Positions 9,300 to 19,290 of a stretch of 52,317 nt of DNA are shown here, piece after piece. Numbering within the stretch: the first letter of the stretch is position 1; each line of letters starts with the position of its first letter. The notes beneath the pieces were generated by a model. It saw only the letters and a list, made by a program, of their open reading frames with translations, did no database searches and was not told where the DNA came from. This DNA is from a virus. Lineage: Duplodnaviria; Caudoviricetes. The position numbers and the translations under genes were made by a program. Location: the IMG/VR virus record IMGVR_UViG_3300016467_000054, positions 1-52,317 of that record. One strand, 5' to 3'.

Positions 9300-10339
9300 T
9301 TAATTTCCTTTAAGAATGTTAGCAACAGACCCATTTTTATATCCCAGTTAACACGTTCTTCAAGACGTGCAACAATATCTTCAGTTACATGATCTGAATT
9401 TCCAAATTTTCTGTACAACGGTTTTTTAGTTTCAGGATCGGTATATACTAGATATTCTGTTCTGCGTTGTGTTCCTTTGTTTGTAGCATGTAATTGAACT
9501 GCATCAAAAACAAAAGGTACTCCAGGTTTCCATTCAACTGTTAATTCTGGAGTAAGACCCGTTAATCGAGATTTTGGAGTATACTCTAAATAATCCCTGT
9601 AGTGTGCCTCATCGTAAGGCACTGTATTTTTTTCTCTAGGAATTAATTCTCCCCTACTATTATAGAAATCAATAGTAGAATGATCGTGAATAATAGGATA
9701 TGTTGTAGCGGGTTGATTAGGATTTTTGTCTCCGCCATGATAATAAACGTGAGCAAAATCAACGTGTCTTTGCTCAAACCAAACACCGTGGCTAACTGTG
9801 GTTGGTTTGTTTCCGATCCACATAGGTATCAATACATTTTTCCAGGGTATAAATTTTCTTTCTGGATGATCTTCAGGGATAGTCTTTAAACTGTTCACCC
9901 AGTCAGATCTGCGTGTACTATCATTATGCAATCCGTACTGTGTAGGTGTAATTAAAAAATTACCACCAACTAATGGGCTTTCGCTACAACCAGGAAGTAT
10001 TTGTTCTAACTTATCAAGGAATTTAGTAGCAACTTGATCTAAATTTCCACTTGTAAAAATTGTTCCGTTTGCATTGTGTCTTACATTATGACATCCTACA
10101 AATGCAAAACCATACATCCAGGACAACTCGTCTTCGTCAAATTCTACATTAGAAATATATGCCGGACTAAAATTTTTACGCATGGCTTCTCTAGCATAAT
10201 CACTAGACAAGTCTGGCATGTATGACTCATAAGTTGGCAATTTGTTTTCAGAGTGCCAATGACTTTGAAAATTCTTTAATTCTTTTTTAATAGGATTTAA
10301 ATTAGTTGGGTCTCCGTGTATGGTTCTATACATACTCAC
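9296..10339 (-). CDS. Putative 2OG-Fe(II) oxygenase (DSBH fold)
   Basis: YGLHNDS (HxD), NVLIPM and WKPGVPFVFDAVQLHAT (distal His); terminal KMGLLLTF strand. Confidence 0.65.
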   Translation of the reverse strand: MSMYRTIHGDPTNLNPIKKELKNFQSHWHSENKLPTYESYMPDLSSDYAREAMRKNFSPAYISNVEFDEDELSWMYGFAFVGCHNVRHNANGTIFTSGNLDQVATKFLDKLEQILPGCSESPLVGGNFLITPTQYGLHNDSTRRSDWVNSLKTIPEDHPERKFIPWKNVLIPMWIGNKPTTVSHGVWFEQRHVDFAHVYYHGGDKNPNQPATTYPIIHDHSTIDFYNSRGELIPREKNTVPYDEAHYRDYLEYTPKSRLTGLTPELTVEWKPGVPFVFDAVQLHATNKGTQRRTEYLVYTDPETKKPLYRKFGNSDHVTEDIVARLEERVNWDIKMGLLLTFLKEIK

Positions 10340-11742
10340 TCCTTAAATATATCTTTCATTTCTGGAAATGTTTCATAAAAACTGATACCTCTATGTGCAT
10401 CTATCTTTTCAAGATACTCGCGCATTTCAGGTAAACGACCGCTCCAATCTTCAGATTTCATAAAACTAATCATTCCGCGTAATCTTTTTATACCATAACC
10501 ATTAGCCAACCATTTTTCTTTGCTAACAGTTCCTCTATCTTTTTCTGCAAGACAAAGTTCCCAGTTTTCTTCAAACCATGGAATAAATTCTTCATACTTG
10601 CGTTCGCATTCATCTTTAAACCATTGTGGCAGAACCTTGACATTTAAAAATGCAGGCCAGTAGACAAAGTGATAATTTATGCCGCCGGCGCCCAAAGGCC
10701 ACATGTTTACTTTCTTAAAATTCTGTTTAAGTTTCCATTTTAAGAAATCAGGAATATAATAGATATTCAAGGCTTGAACTGCACATGCAATAGTAACTTC
10801 AACATTCGGAGTTGTCTGTTCATCTAGTATACGAAATACTTCTTCAGTTCTGGACCATTTGCTAGGATAACGAATATATTCATTCATAGCACCTATGCTG
10901 TCAACGCTGTAATGAAAACGTACTAATTTAAAATGGCTCCATAATTCAAACAAATCATCGCGCCATTCTACTCCATTACTATTATAACGTATTTCAATAT
11001 CTTTTGCACGACCTTGTCTAATTATTTCTTCCAATATTTCATAATGCTCGTCAATAATTAATGGTTCGCCGCCGGCAAAATAGACCTGCTGCATATGAGG
11101 AATTTGCTCATAAAACTGCTTCCAAAATTCTGGATTGTTTTTATGCCAGTTATAACTGCTGCCGTTATTACTACCTTTGTTTTCCCAGTCCCATATTTTT
11201 CTAACATGCGGATTTTCAATAGTAGGAAAAATCTTTTGCCAGTCTTTAATCCAACCACTGCTATCATGAGGGCTGCACATTACGCATCCTAACTGACACT
11301 TAGTGCCGAATCTTAGATCAATGTATGTAAGTTCGGGAGGAACACTTCCGTCGTCTTCCGTATTAGCTAATAATTTTTCAATACTAACACGCTGACTCCA
11401 GTATTCGGTTTCCCACATACGTTTACTATTATGACCTGCTTCTTCTTCCTTGTAGCATTTTAAACAACTTGCAGGTTTTTCTCCGGCCAACATTTGCTTA
11501 CGTACATTTTTCATATACTTGCTGTTCCATGCCGTTTGAAAATCCATTATGTTTAAATTGCTAGGTAAACCAGTTTCGTCCTTAATAACTCCAACTTGCG
11601 GACCTCCTAATTTTTTATCATTAGTAGGCCCAACACCGCTGGCATTAGCTGTGCAACATACACGCATACTACCATCTGGCCTAGTACTCAGATGTATCCA
11701 AGGTAATATGCAAAAAGTTTCGCTAGGATATTTGTTAGTCAT
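10336..11742 (-). CDS. N-terminal twitch-domain radical SAM protein
   Basis: FCILPWIHL..RPDG..RVCC...WNS...CLKC, then DLRFGTKCQLGCVMC, AGGEP and YNSN. Confidence 0.92.
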   Translation of the reverse strand: MTNKYPSETFCILPWIHLSTRPDGSMRVCCTANASGVGPTNDKKLGGPQVGVIKDETGLPSNLNIMDFQTAWNSKYMKNVRKQMLAGEKPASCLKCYKEEEAGHNSKRMWETEYWSQRVSIEKLLANTEDDGSVPPELTYIDLRFGTKCQLGCVMCSPHDSSGWIKDWQKIFPTIENPHVRKIWDWENKGSNNGSSYNWHKNNPEFWKQFYEQIPHMQQVYFAGGEPLIIDEHYEILEEIIRQGRAKDIEIRYNSNGVEWRDDLFELWSHFKLVRFHYSVDSIGAMNEYIRYPSKWSRTEEVFRILDEQTTPNVEVTIACAVQALNIYYIPDFLKWKLKQNFKKVNMWPLGAGGINYHFVYWPAFLNVKVLPQWFKDECERKYEEFIPWFEENWELCLAEKDRGTVSKEKWLANGYGIKRLRGMISFMKSEDWSGRLPEMREYLEKIDAHRGISFYETFPEMKDIFKE

Positions 11743-12892
11743 TTAATAAAATACTTCCCCATGTATACTTATCTTGATACTTAATAGTGTTTTTGAAATT
11801 CCAAATTTCAACATTATCGCGTAACTGATTACGCTCATCAGTGTTAATATCTCGATAGTCATGTGCTAATGCATCAAAAAACTTATAATAATCTTTGTGC
11901 ATTTTTTTAGGTTTTTTACACTGTTGTATTGCATTAATTGCATCTTTTCTAAATTCAATGGGTATTAATCTAAAATCCATATAACTCGGATAATTTACTT
12001 CGTTATATGCTATATGAGATTTTGGAAATTGATCAGCCCAATTTAAAAATTTTGCAACTCCTAATGCATTTAGTTGCGACCAACAAGGAGTTAAATTTAC
12101 AGTTAGATTTGAGTTATACAACTTTTTAAAATTGCGATCTATAACTTCCCACTTACAAGGATAACGTTGGTACTCAATATCATCTTCTATACCGTCAATG
12201 CTACATTGTATATGAGTAGAATCAAATTTTTCTAATGCTGCTACTACATCAGATTTTACCACTGTAGTATTTGTTAGCATTGACAATTTAATATGTGTCA
12301 TGCCGTTTTCAACTAAACGAAAAATAAACTCTTCAACGTCATCCATAATAAAAGGTTCACCACCGGCAAACTTAATTTCTTTTAGTGTTGGTGTGTTTTT
12401 GCAAAAATAAAATAGTTCAGTTAAAAATTTATCGCTGCTTTTAATAGTACCTTGAGTAAATTTTTTAGTTAAACTATTATTGACGCCACTTGCTTTTGCA
12501 TCAGCATACAAATTTCCTATTTGATCAGACCACATAGGATTACACATCCTACATTTTAAATTACATCTATTACCTAGTCGCAAGTCAATTATTTCAATAC
12601 GTTCATTTAAATCAGTATTGCCTTCTTCTGCATACTGTTTATTCCAGTTTGTACGATAACTGTTCTGACCTTTTTCTTCTAGTTCCCAACATTTTTTACA
12701 TGTTTCAGGTTTCTTACCTGCACTAAGATCTTCACGTAACTGTTTTAAATTTTTTTGATTTTTAAACCATTCGTTAGGATTAGCAGATATAAGAAAATTA
12801 TCTTCTTCGTAACTTTCAATTTGAATACAGCAATTTCTAAATTTGCCTGTATGATTGATGTAAAATTCTTTCCATGCTACTTGACAGGTCAT
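11735..12892 (-). CDS. N-terminal twitch-domain radical SAM protein
   Basis: CQVAW...G..RNCC...CKKC, then DLRLGNRCNLKCRMC, AGGEP, LTN and SIDG. Confidence 0.92.
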   Translation of the reverse strand: MTCQVAWKEFYINHTGKFRNCCIQIESYEEDNFLISANPNEWFKNQKNLKQLREDLSAGKKPETCKKCWELEEKGQNSYRTNWNKQYAEEGNTDLNERIEIIDLRLGNRCNLKCRMCNPMWSDQIGNLYADAKASGVNNSLTKKFTQGTIKSSDKFLTELFYFCKNTPTLKEIKFAGGEPFIMDDVEEFIFRLVENGMTHIKLSMLTNTTVVKSDVVAALEKFDSTHIQCSIDGIEDDIEYQRYPCKWEVIDRNFKKLYNSNLTVNLTPCWSQLNALGVAKFLNWADQFPKSHIAYNEVNYPSYMDFRLIPIEFRKDAINAIQQCKKPKKMHKDYYKFFDALAHDYRDINTDERNQLRDNVEIWNFKNTIKYQDKYTWGSILLND

Positions 12893-14061
12893 TTGAATTG
12901 CTCCGCAAATGCATCATGCTTAGTGCCGCAAGTTTTTGCACAAACTGCAAGTTTGCCTTCTGCACAACTAGGTTTATTCCAACTATTAGGAACTAGATCT
13001 TGCATAAAACGACCATTCACAATTGATTCTAAACTGTTTAACTTAGCATTAAGATTGTCTTTACCAACTTCATCTATCAAGTTCCATATCTGTCCGCCTT
13101 TAGGTGTCCAGTACCAAACATACATTTGTCCAGCAGTCCAGCAACATGGCTGTACAATACCTTCTGCAGAAACATAAAGGCTCTTTTCTTCTGCTACTTT
13201 ACATTTGATAGGAACCTCATCCCAGTATTTTTCCATAGGTTTTTTCTTTGCAGGATCTTTATGAAATACTTGCGGAAAGGTATAACCTTCTAAATCTTCC
13301 TGTTTGCTAGGTAAGAATTTAATAGGTGCTTCTGATTTAGCAATTTTACTTAATTCTTCTAAGGCTGCATTTCTATACTTTGGATTAGTCGGCGCTTGTA
13401 GTAACGTAGTAGCCATTCCTTTACGATTTGCTGCCTGGTGCATTTCTTTTGTTACGCCGCTAGCATTACTAAAAAATCTAGCACTTTTCTTAAATTGAAA
13501 CTTTTCAAACCCCATAGTTTTTGCCAACTGCTCGGCTTCTTCTACTTGATGTTCGTTATGTGCAAATACAATGTAATCCCATCGGGCTCGGCCACCGGCA
13601 TTAATAAATGCTTGTGCATTTTCCATTATTTTTGACCATATGGTATTTTGTCTATACAGATGATTAGTATCTTCTAAACCATCCAGGCTAAAAACTACAT
13701 ATCCTTTACGACCTATCGTACGTGCTAACTCTGCCCACCATTCTGGTTTTTTGGCGCTGCCGTTTGTATGCATACTTAACATAGCTGTTGAGTTATGTTG
13801 CCTAAAGTAAGCAAAAGTTTCTAGTGTATCTCTTGCAGCAATAGGATCACCATAGTTGCCGCACATATACATACGATCTAATTGAGAAATAAAATTAGGT
13901 TCAAATATTTTTTTAATATCATCAATAAACAATTCTGTCCCAGGTACTTGCGGGTTTTCTTGGCCGCCGTTGATATTTCGAGCACACATAGGACAGGCAG
14001 CATTACAATTATCTGTAATTTCAAGATGAACTGTTTTTATTTCGTTATAGTTATACATCAT
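12889..14061 (-). CDS. Radical SAM protein with C-terminal twitch/SPASM domain
   Basis: HLEITDNCNAACPMC, CGNYGDP (variant of GGEP), HTNG and SLDG; C-terminal C...YVSAEG..PCCW...CAKTC. Confidence 0.92.
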   Translation of the reverse strand: MMYNYNEIKTVHLEITDNCNAACPMCARNINGGQENPQVPGTELFIDDIKKIFEPNFISQLDRMYMCGNYGDPIAARDTLETFAYFRQHNSTAMLSMHTNGSAKKPEWWAELARTIGRKGYVVFSLDGLEDTNHLYRQNTIWSKIMENAQAFINAGGRARWDYIVFAHNEHQVEEAEQLAKTMGFEKFQFKKSARFFSNASGVTKEMHQAANRKGMATTLLQAPTNPKYRNAALEELSKIAKSEAPIKFLPSKQEDLEGYTFPQVFHKDPAKKKPMEKYWDEVPIKCKVAEEKSLYVSAEGIVQPCCWTAGQMYVWYWTPKGGQIWNLIDEVGKDNLNAKLNSLESIVNGRFMQDLVPNSWNKPSCAEGKLAVCAKTCGTKHDAFAEQFK

Positions 14062-14416
14062 TATCCCAGTACATTTGATTATTTTTTTGATAGTAATAAT
14101 CTTTAACTAATTGATACATGTCTGTGTAATCTACCCTATAATGAAAAGTTTGATTATTCATCGATACACTAATTCTAACATAACTAGTCGGAGCAGATTC
14201 TGGTCTAGGTGTAGATTTTTTGTGTTGCACACTCCACCAACCATTTCCTGCCTGAGCATCAAACCCCGTAGTATTCCAGGTAGATAAAATTTTTTCAAAA
14301 TCATTAGTAGATAACCAATAAGAATTAACACAGTTATCACTAACTTTAATGCTAAAACTAACTTGTTGCCTATTTTTAAATAAGTAAATTTTTAAATTGC
14401 TTGTAAAAGATAACAT
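14051..14416 (-). CDS. Hypothetical protein (121 aa) with an apparent tandem beta-beta-beta-alpha repeat
   Basis: Packed into the operon (1-nt gap upstream, overlap downstream); no recognised family motif. Confidence 0.6.
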   Translation of the reverse strand: MLSFTSNLKIYLFKNRQQVSFSIKVSDNCVNSYWLSTNDFEKILSTWNTTGFDAQAGNGWWSVQHKKSTPRPESAPTSYVRISVSMNNQTFHYRVDYTDMYQLVKDYYYQKNNQMYWDNDV

Positions 14417-14417
14417 A

Positions 14418-14642
14418 TTATTCCATTACTAATTTAATATCTTTTGCAGGGCCTGTTTGACTAGGTAGATTTCCGTACTCACTTACATAATGTTTGATTA
14501 CTGCCTTGTACCAATTTTGACTATTGTGGTGGGCTTGTTTGTTAAACTGATGAATAAAATTGTTAGTTGCTTCATAAGCAGACAGAGCCTTCGCTGCCTC
14601 TATCTGCAATTGTCTTAATTCCATGCTATCAATATCAATCAT
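14418..14642 (-). CDS. Small hypothetical protein (74 aa)
   Basis: ATGA overlap with the upstream gene and a 1-nt gap to the next. Confidence 0.65.
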   Translation of the reverse strand: MIDIDSMELRQLQIEAAKALSAYEATNNFIHQFNKQAHHNSQNWYKAVIKHYVSEYGNLPSQTGPAKDIKLVME

Positions 14643-15469
14643 GGTCTACCTATAAGCATTACACGCTTATATCCTTTAAGTTGCAATTCACCTTCAAATA
14701 ATATTTCTTTCATAGGAAATTTTTTCTTCATATGATTAACACTATGGACACAATTAACATGTTCAGGTAAATCAAACATATTATTGCTTTGAATTGCAAC
14801 TATAGGATTTGAGTCCATTTCTTTAAATCTAATTTGATTGTACCATTCTTCTGTCATGTGTTCTGCACTGGTATTAATAATTAAATCAGGTAGAAATTTT
14901 TCTTTATAACTTGTTCCGTCTTTGAAATTAGTAACGTCCCATTCATAACCATTTTTATAACAAATTAAATTATTAATATCTGCTAATATACTTTTAACTT
15001 TGTATCCTTCTAAATTACTTAAATTAAAAATATAATCGCTAGCTTCACATGCTTCTTTGTCTATTTCAACGATTCTCATTTTAGAATAGAATAATTTTTT
15101 TTCATAAACACTTTTAAGCTGTCCTAACCAACCTGCAAACACTGCAACATTTTCGTAGTTATTGTTTATTTTTGCTAATTCTTCTATTAACCAAACTTTA
15201 CTTTTTATTTGACTTCTACTAAACGCATCGTAGATATCATCATTAGATGTTTTCTTTTTATAATTTTGAATTCCTCTAAAAATTTTGTCAACAGAATCTT
15301 GTTCGTACAAATTTTTTAAACAGTAATCTAATAAAGACTTTTCAATGTCTTCACTGTCTAATATTTTAACAATATCTCTAACAAATTTTACTTGAGTTTC
15401 AGATTCTTTGTATTGCAAGTATTCTTCTAGACCAAACAAAACTTCTCTAGCATTGCCTTTTTCACTCAT
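14639..15469 (-). CDS. Putative class I SAM-dependent methyltransferase
   Basis: VAVFAGWLG (motif I variant), IVEID (motif II), ADIN and DLIINTSAEHM (motif IV-like), QSNN. Confidence 0.65.
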   Translation of the reverse strand: MSEKGNAREVLFGLEEYLQYKESETQVKFVRDIVKILDSEDIEKSLLDYCLKNLYEQDSVDKIFRGIQNYKKKTSNDDIYDAFSRSQIKSKVWLIEELAKINNNYENVAVFAGWLGQLKSVYEKKLFYSKMRIVEIDKEACEASDYIFNLSNLEGYKVKSILADINNLICYKNGYEWDVTNFKDGTSYKEKFLPDLIINTSAEHMTEEWYNQIRFKEMDSNPIVAIQSNNMFDLPEHVNCVHSVNHMKKKFPMKEILFEGELQLKGYKRVMLIGRP

Positions 15470-16140
15470 GCTAATTCCTCAAATTGTTTTTGAAGCCAGT
15501 CAAAATCATTAATTTTTTTTAGTTCTTCTAAATTATTTCGATTTTCGATTCCGTACTGCATTCCTAATCTTGCACCTTTAAGTGCATATTCTCCGTATAG
15601 CCTATCTTCTCCCTTACTGCACCAAATGCGTAAACGTTCGTTAGACTCGTCTGACTTTTGTCTATCAATAATTTTACTACTTAATTTGCAGCACTCTCTA
15701 AAGGCACTTTTCCATGTATTAAAAGGATCGCTGTTAAAACAATTAATATTACTAACTTGTAGTATAGGTTTAAATTTTTCACTGATACTAGTAGTCATAT
15801 CTGGTTTAGATATATCCATGTTTATGGTCATTTTACGAGGTAATAACTTAACACCACCGTTGCCATATTCTAAATCATTTATAGGATTACGGCTGCGCCA
15901 TACATAAACATAATCTTGTATTTTTGTGCGATAACTAAAATCAAACGACTCTACAATTTGTGCGTCGCCGTCTACTACCCAAAACATATTTGTATTACAC
16001 ATTTTTGCAGCAGCAATGTGTGCTTGATGTATACCTTTAACTCCGTGTATTCGACGAGCTAAAGGAAACCTAGTAACTAACTTATTCCAGTTATCGTCTG
16101 CGTTAGGTTCATTATAACTAATAAAAACAATATCGTACAT
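15466..16140 (-). CDS. GT-A (GT2-like) glycosyltransferase
   Basis: YDIVFISYNEPNAD, GVKGIHQAH, DxD motif WVVDGDA, YGNGGVKL. Confidence 0.75.
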   Translation of the reverse strand: MYDIVFISYNEPNADDNWNKLVTRFPLARRIHGVKGIHQAHIAAAKMCNTNMFWVVDGDAQIVESFDFSYRTKIQDYVYVWRSRNPINDLEYGNGGVKLLPRKMTINMDISKPDMTTSISEKFKPILQVSNINCFNSDPFNTWKSAFRECCKLSSKIIDRQKSDESNERLRIWCSKGEDRLYGEYALKGARLGMQYGIENRNNLEELKKINDFDWLQKQFEELA

Positions 16141-17066
16141 TATTCAATTACCAAATTACTTTTCATGCGAGGCGGATTAGTATAAACTGCTTTAAAGAAT
16201 TTACTTTGGTCTTCTGTCATACATGTAGGACCTGTAAGAATTGACAGTTTATTTTTAAGTTCTTCGCCATAGAATATTATCATCGATTTTAACTGTTGTT
16301 CAGTTAAAATAGATGCTTCTGATTCCCAAAAATTGTTTAACCATTTAAAATCTCTAACTTGTGTATAATCCCAGTTTGTTAAATTTGTCATATAACAACC
16401 TTGTCTAGCACCGTATATTGCCCATAAGCCGTTTTCTACATCCGCGCCCACATTCATCCATGTGCAAAGTCTATGATAATTTTTCCAGTGTATTTGAAGA
16501 TCGAATGGTTTATCAAGATTTATTTTTGAGCCTTCTAACAAACTCATTTTAACCCCTTCACGGAATCCTGCACGCCATGCTTGTTGAGGACTAGCATTAT
16601 TGTGTACGTCACTCATACACTTACTCATTTGTATGTAATTAATATCCCAACAAAAATCTACTTGTGTTTTTTCGTTTGTAGGATCGGCATTTTCGTGTGT
16701 ACGCATGTCTAATATCAATTGCGTAGGCCAGCATTTAATTCCACCGTTGCCGTAAATTAATCCGTTAATAATATTTTTAGCACCCCAACTAAGCACACAC
16801 TTTGAAAGATCGGCATGGTCTTGAAATTCAATTTCTTGATTTAAAATATTTGCATCAACAACATTATCTCCGTCTACAATAGTAATACGATCAGTAGTTA
16901 CTAACTTTGCACAGGCTTTGTGTGCGCTGTCGCTTCCGTCAACGCCATGAACACGTTTTGCCCACGGTATCTTTTTTAATAAATCAGCATAGTTACGCTC
17001 TGCGTTAGGTTCATCATAGCTTAGATAAACAACATCATGATCTATAATTTTAACTTTTTGTGTCAT
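16140..17066 (-). CDS. GT-A (GT2-like) glycosyltransferase, paralog of 15466-16140 (start at MTQKVK)
   Basis: DVVYLSYDEPNAE, GVDGSDSAH, IVDGDN (DxD), YGNGGIKCW, AWRAGFREG. Confidence 0.75.
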   Translation of the reverse strand: MTQKVKIIDHDVVYLSYDEPNAERNYADLLKKIPWAKRVHGVDGSDSAHKACAKLVTTDRITIVDGDNVVDANILNQEIEFQDHADLSKCVLSWGAKNIINGLIYGNGGIKCWPTQLILDMRTHENADPTNEKTQVDFCWDINYIQMSKCMSDVHNNASPQQAWRAGFREGVKMSLLEGSKINLDKPFDLQIHWKNYHRLCTWMNVGADVENGLWAIYGARQGCYMTNLTNWDYTQVRDFKWLNNFWESEASILTEQQLKSMIIFYGEELKNKLSILTGPTCMTEDQSKFFKAVYTNPPRMKSNLVIE

Positions 17067-17649
17067 GTATTTTTCCGTAAGATGCAAATATTTTTTTAGT
17101 TAATAAATCTACAGATTGAAAATTATTTTCAAACTTTGTAACAAATGGAAATGTAACGGTATCAGCTTCGGAAATTTTAAAAGTTAATGTGTTTAATAAA
17201 AAATTATGATTATCTTTAATTGAAACAAATATGCTGATAGTTTTATTTGCTTCTGCTTGCTTGATTTTAGTTTTGTCTAATTTTATTTTCCAAGAAGAAG
17301 AATCAGTATCATGTATAATAACTAGTTCATCATTTCCGGAAGATTCTGGAACTACCTGTAAAGGCATTTTATTAAACTTATACAATTGACTAGTTGTGAC
17401 AATTGAATTGTTTTGCAAAGCAGGATTATTAATTTTATAGTTATAGGTTGTTTTTTCTCCTTTAAGGAATCCCATAACATTTTCTTCATCAACTTCTAAA
17501 ACATTTTTAGCCCAGTCTTTAGGTTCTTTGACGATAGCAACAATATCACCTTCATCTGTATAGTAGACATAATACTTTTTAGAACCATTTAATATAGCTG
17601 CTGCTCGGTCAATTTCTTCTTGACTAAGGTATTCAATTTCTTCAGACAT
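17050..17649 (-). CDS. Hypothetical protein
   Basis: 199-aa ORF overlapping both neighbours; no catalytic motif seen. Confidence 0.65.
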   Translation of the reverse strand: MSEEIEYLSQEEIDRAAAILNGSKKYYVYYTDEGDIVAIVKEPKDWAKNVLEVDEENVMGFLKGEKTTYNYKINNPALQNNSIVTTSQLYKFNKMPLQVVPESSGNDELVIIHDTDSSSWKIKLDKTKIKQAEANKTISIFVSIKDNHNFLLNTLTFKISEADTVTFPFVTKFENNFQSVDLLTKKIFASYGKIHDTKS

Positions 17650-18472
17650 TATAATTCTCTATTTTGTTAACAATATCGTTAGTTAAAAAACTATCTTCTG
17701 TATAATGAAATACTCCAGACTGTAAAAAATTAGATATTTTTAACTGGCATTCTTTATCAAACGTTACACTAACTTCTTCTTGCCAATCAACTGCAAATTC
17801 TTTCCAACTTTGAATACCAGATTTCATATGTACAAATGTTGGCGATTTTGTATCGATTAAAAATTCATTTTCTGCATTCATTATTTTGATTGCAATAGCT
17901 GCTGACACATCCATACTACAAAATTGTTGAGGATGTTGCGGGGCATATTTTTGAAAAAATGTTTTCCAGTTTTTTGCAATTACTTCAATCCATTTATAAA
18001 ATTCAAAAGATCGACGATTCTTATTAAAATAATGCAAACCAAAATAACTGTTAGGTAATTGATTAGCAGTAAAAGTTTTTCTATAGTAATCACTAGTAAC
18101 TGTATTATTTCTATAATCAGATACTTGACTAGTTAGAACAACATCTCTTTCTTCTAGAAATTCCCACCAACTATCATTTGATGACAATAGTAACATGTCT
18201 GTGTCATACACTAAATTATATTTGAAAGGAGTGGCGTAAATTATTTTCCAACGATTTTCAATTTTCCATTGACTATTGTTGGCTGCATCACCCCATGGAA
18301 TTTTAACTATGTGGTCAAACACTTTAAAGTATTCAAGAGGAACACTGTCATTTGTAATGAGACATGTTTGATTTATTTTGTTAAATTTTTTAATCGTTGA
18401 TGCAAGAGCGTATGCTTGACGGACATAATCAACATTGCTATTTTGTGCTAAGAAAACATGTCCTCTGTTCAT
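17642..18472 (-). CDS. GT-A glycosyltransferase (GT8/GT77-like)
   Basis: DYVRQAYALA.TI, VFDHIV, TPFKYNLVYDTDML (DxD), MDVSAAIA, FVHMK. Confidence 0.75.
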   Translation of the reverse strand: MNRGHVFLAQNSNVDYVRQAYALASTIKKFNKINQTCLITNDSVPLEYFKVFDHIVKIPWGDAANNSQWKIENRWKIIYATPFKYNLVYDTDMLLLSSNDSWWEFLEERDVVLTSQVSDYRNNTVTSDYYRKTFTANQLPNSYFGLHYFNKNRRSFEFYKWIEVIAKNWKTFFQKYAPQHPQQFCSMDVSAAIAIKIMNAENEFLIDTKSPTFVHMKSGIQSWKEFAVDWQEEVSVTFDKECQLKISNFLQSGVFHYTEDSFLTNDIVNKIENYNV

Positions 18473-19290
18473 TTACATACCCTTAAAATACTAGATTTAT
18501 TCATAACATGTATGTCTAAATTTTCTGTTTTTATTACAGTATAATCATTAAGTGCATCTTCTTTTTGAATTAAAAATGTGCAATCTGTATCATTAATTTT
18601 TATTAAGTAATCTCTATCTGCTACGTAATATAATTTGTTAGGAATAGTACCAACAAAATTATTTGAGTCAAATCCGTTTAAGATGTTTAATGCAATACTA
18701 AAACTTATATCATTCCTGTAATTTGGCATTGACACCTGGTATAAATTTCTATAGTAATCCCAGTTATTCTTAATATATGCTACTAGGCTAAAGAATAATT
18801 CAGTCCACGGAGTTTTTTTAAAATAAAAAACTGTTGCCCAATAAAAATCAGTAGAATAATCATTTATATAATTATAAGCAGTTTGGCCGCGCCATTCTGC
18901 AAGGTCATAAGATTTCTTAAAAATTAAAAAATCTTTATCTGTGTTAAAACAATTTTTAAGAAATTTTGAACAGACTAAGTAATCAACATCTAATACTAGT
19001 GTTTCGGCGTATGGCGTTAAAGAATATGCATTAGATCTAGTAAAATTTTTCCAGTCTAACAGTTTGTAATCTATACCATCGTAGAATCTTTTCTTCTGAC
19101 TATGTTTAACCTCAGTAGTTAATATCTTGTCAAAAATATTTAATCTACTATCAGTAACTGACTCGTTATCAATTACAATTGATACCGGTAATTCTAAATG
19201 CTGTTGGATTCTTTTTGCAGCAATAACAGCTAACTCAATATAATCTATGTCAGTGTTATTATAGGCAAATAATAATACACCCTGTGTCAT
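18469..19290 (-). CDS. GT-A glycosyltransferase (GT8/GT77-like), paralog of 17642-18472
   Basis: GVLLFAYNN..DY, IFDKI, TPYAETLVLDVDYL (DxD), RNDISFSIAL, HVMNK. Confidence 0.75.
   Translation of the reverse strand: MTQGVLLFAYNNTDIDYIELAVIAAKRIQQHLELPVSIVIDNESVTDSRLNIFDKILTTEVKHSQKKRFYDGIDYKLLDWKNFTRSNAYSLTPYAETLVLDVDYLVCSKFLKNCFNTDKDFLIFKKSYDLAEWRGQTAYNYINDYSTDFYWATVFYFKKTPWTELFFSLVAYIKNNWDYYRNLYQVSMPNYRNDISFSIALNILNGFDSNNFVGTIPNKLYYVADRDYLIKINDTDCTFLIQKEDALNDYTVIKTENLDIHVMNKSSILRVCK

Noticed and set aside
14418-14642. Classical RiPP precursor or PqqD/RRE domain
   Set aside because: No leader/core pattern, no Cys, and no peptidase or transporter nearby; kept only as a weak candidate.
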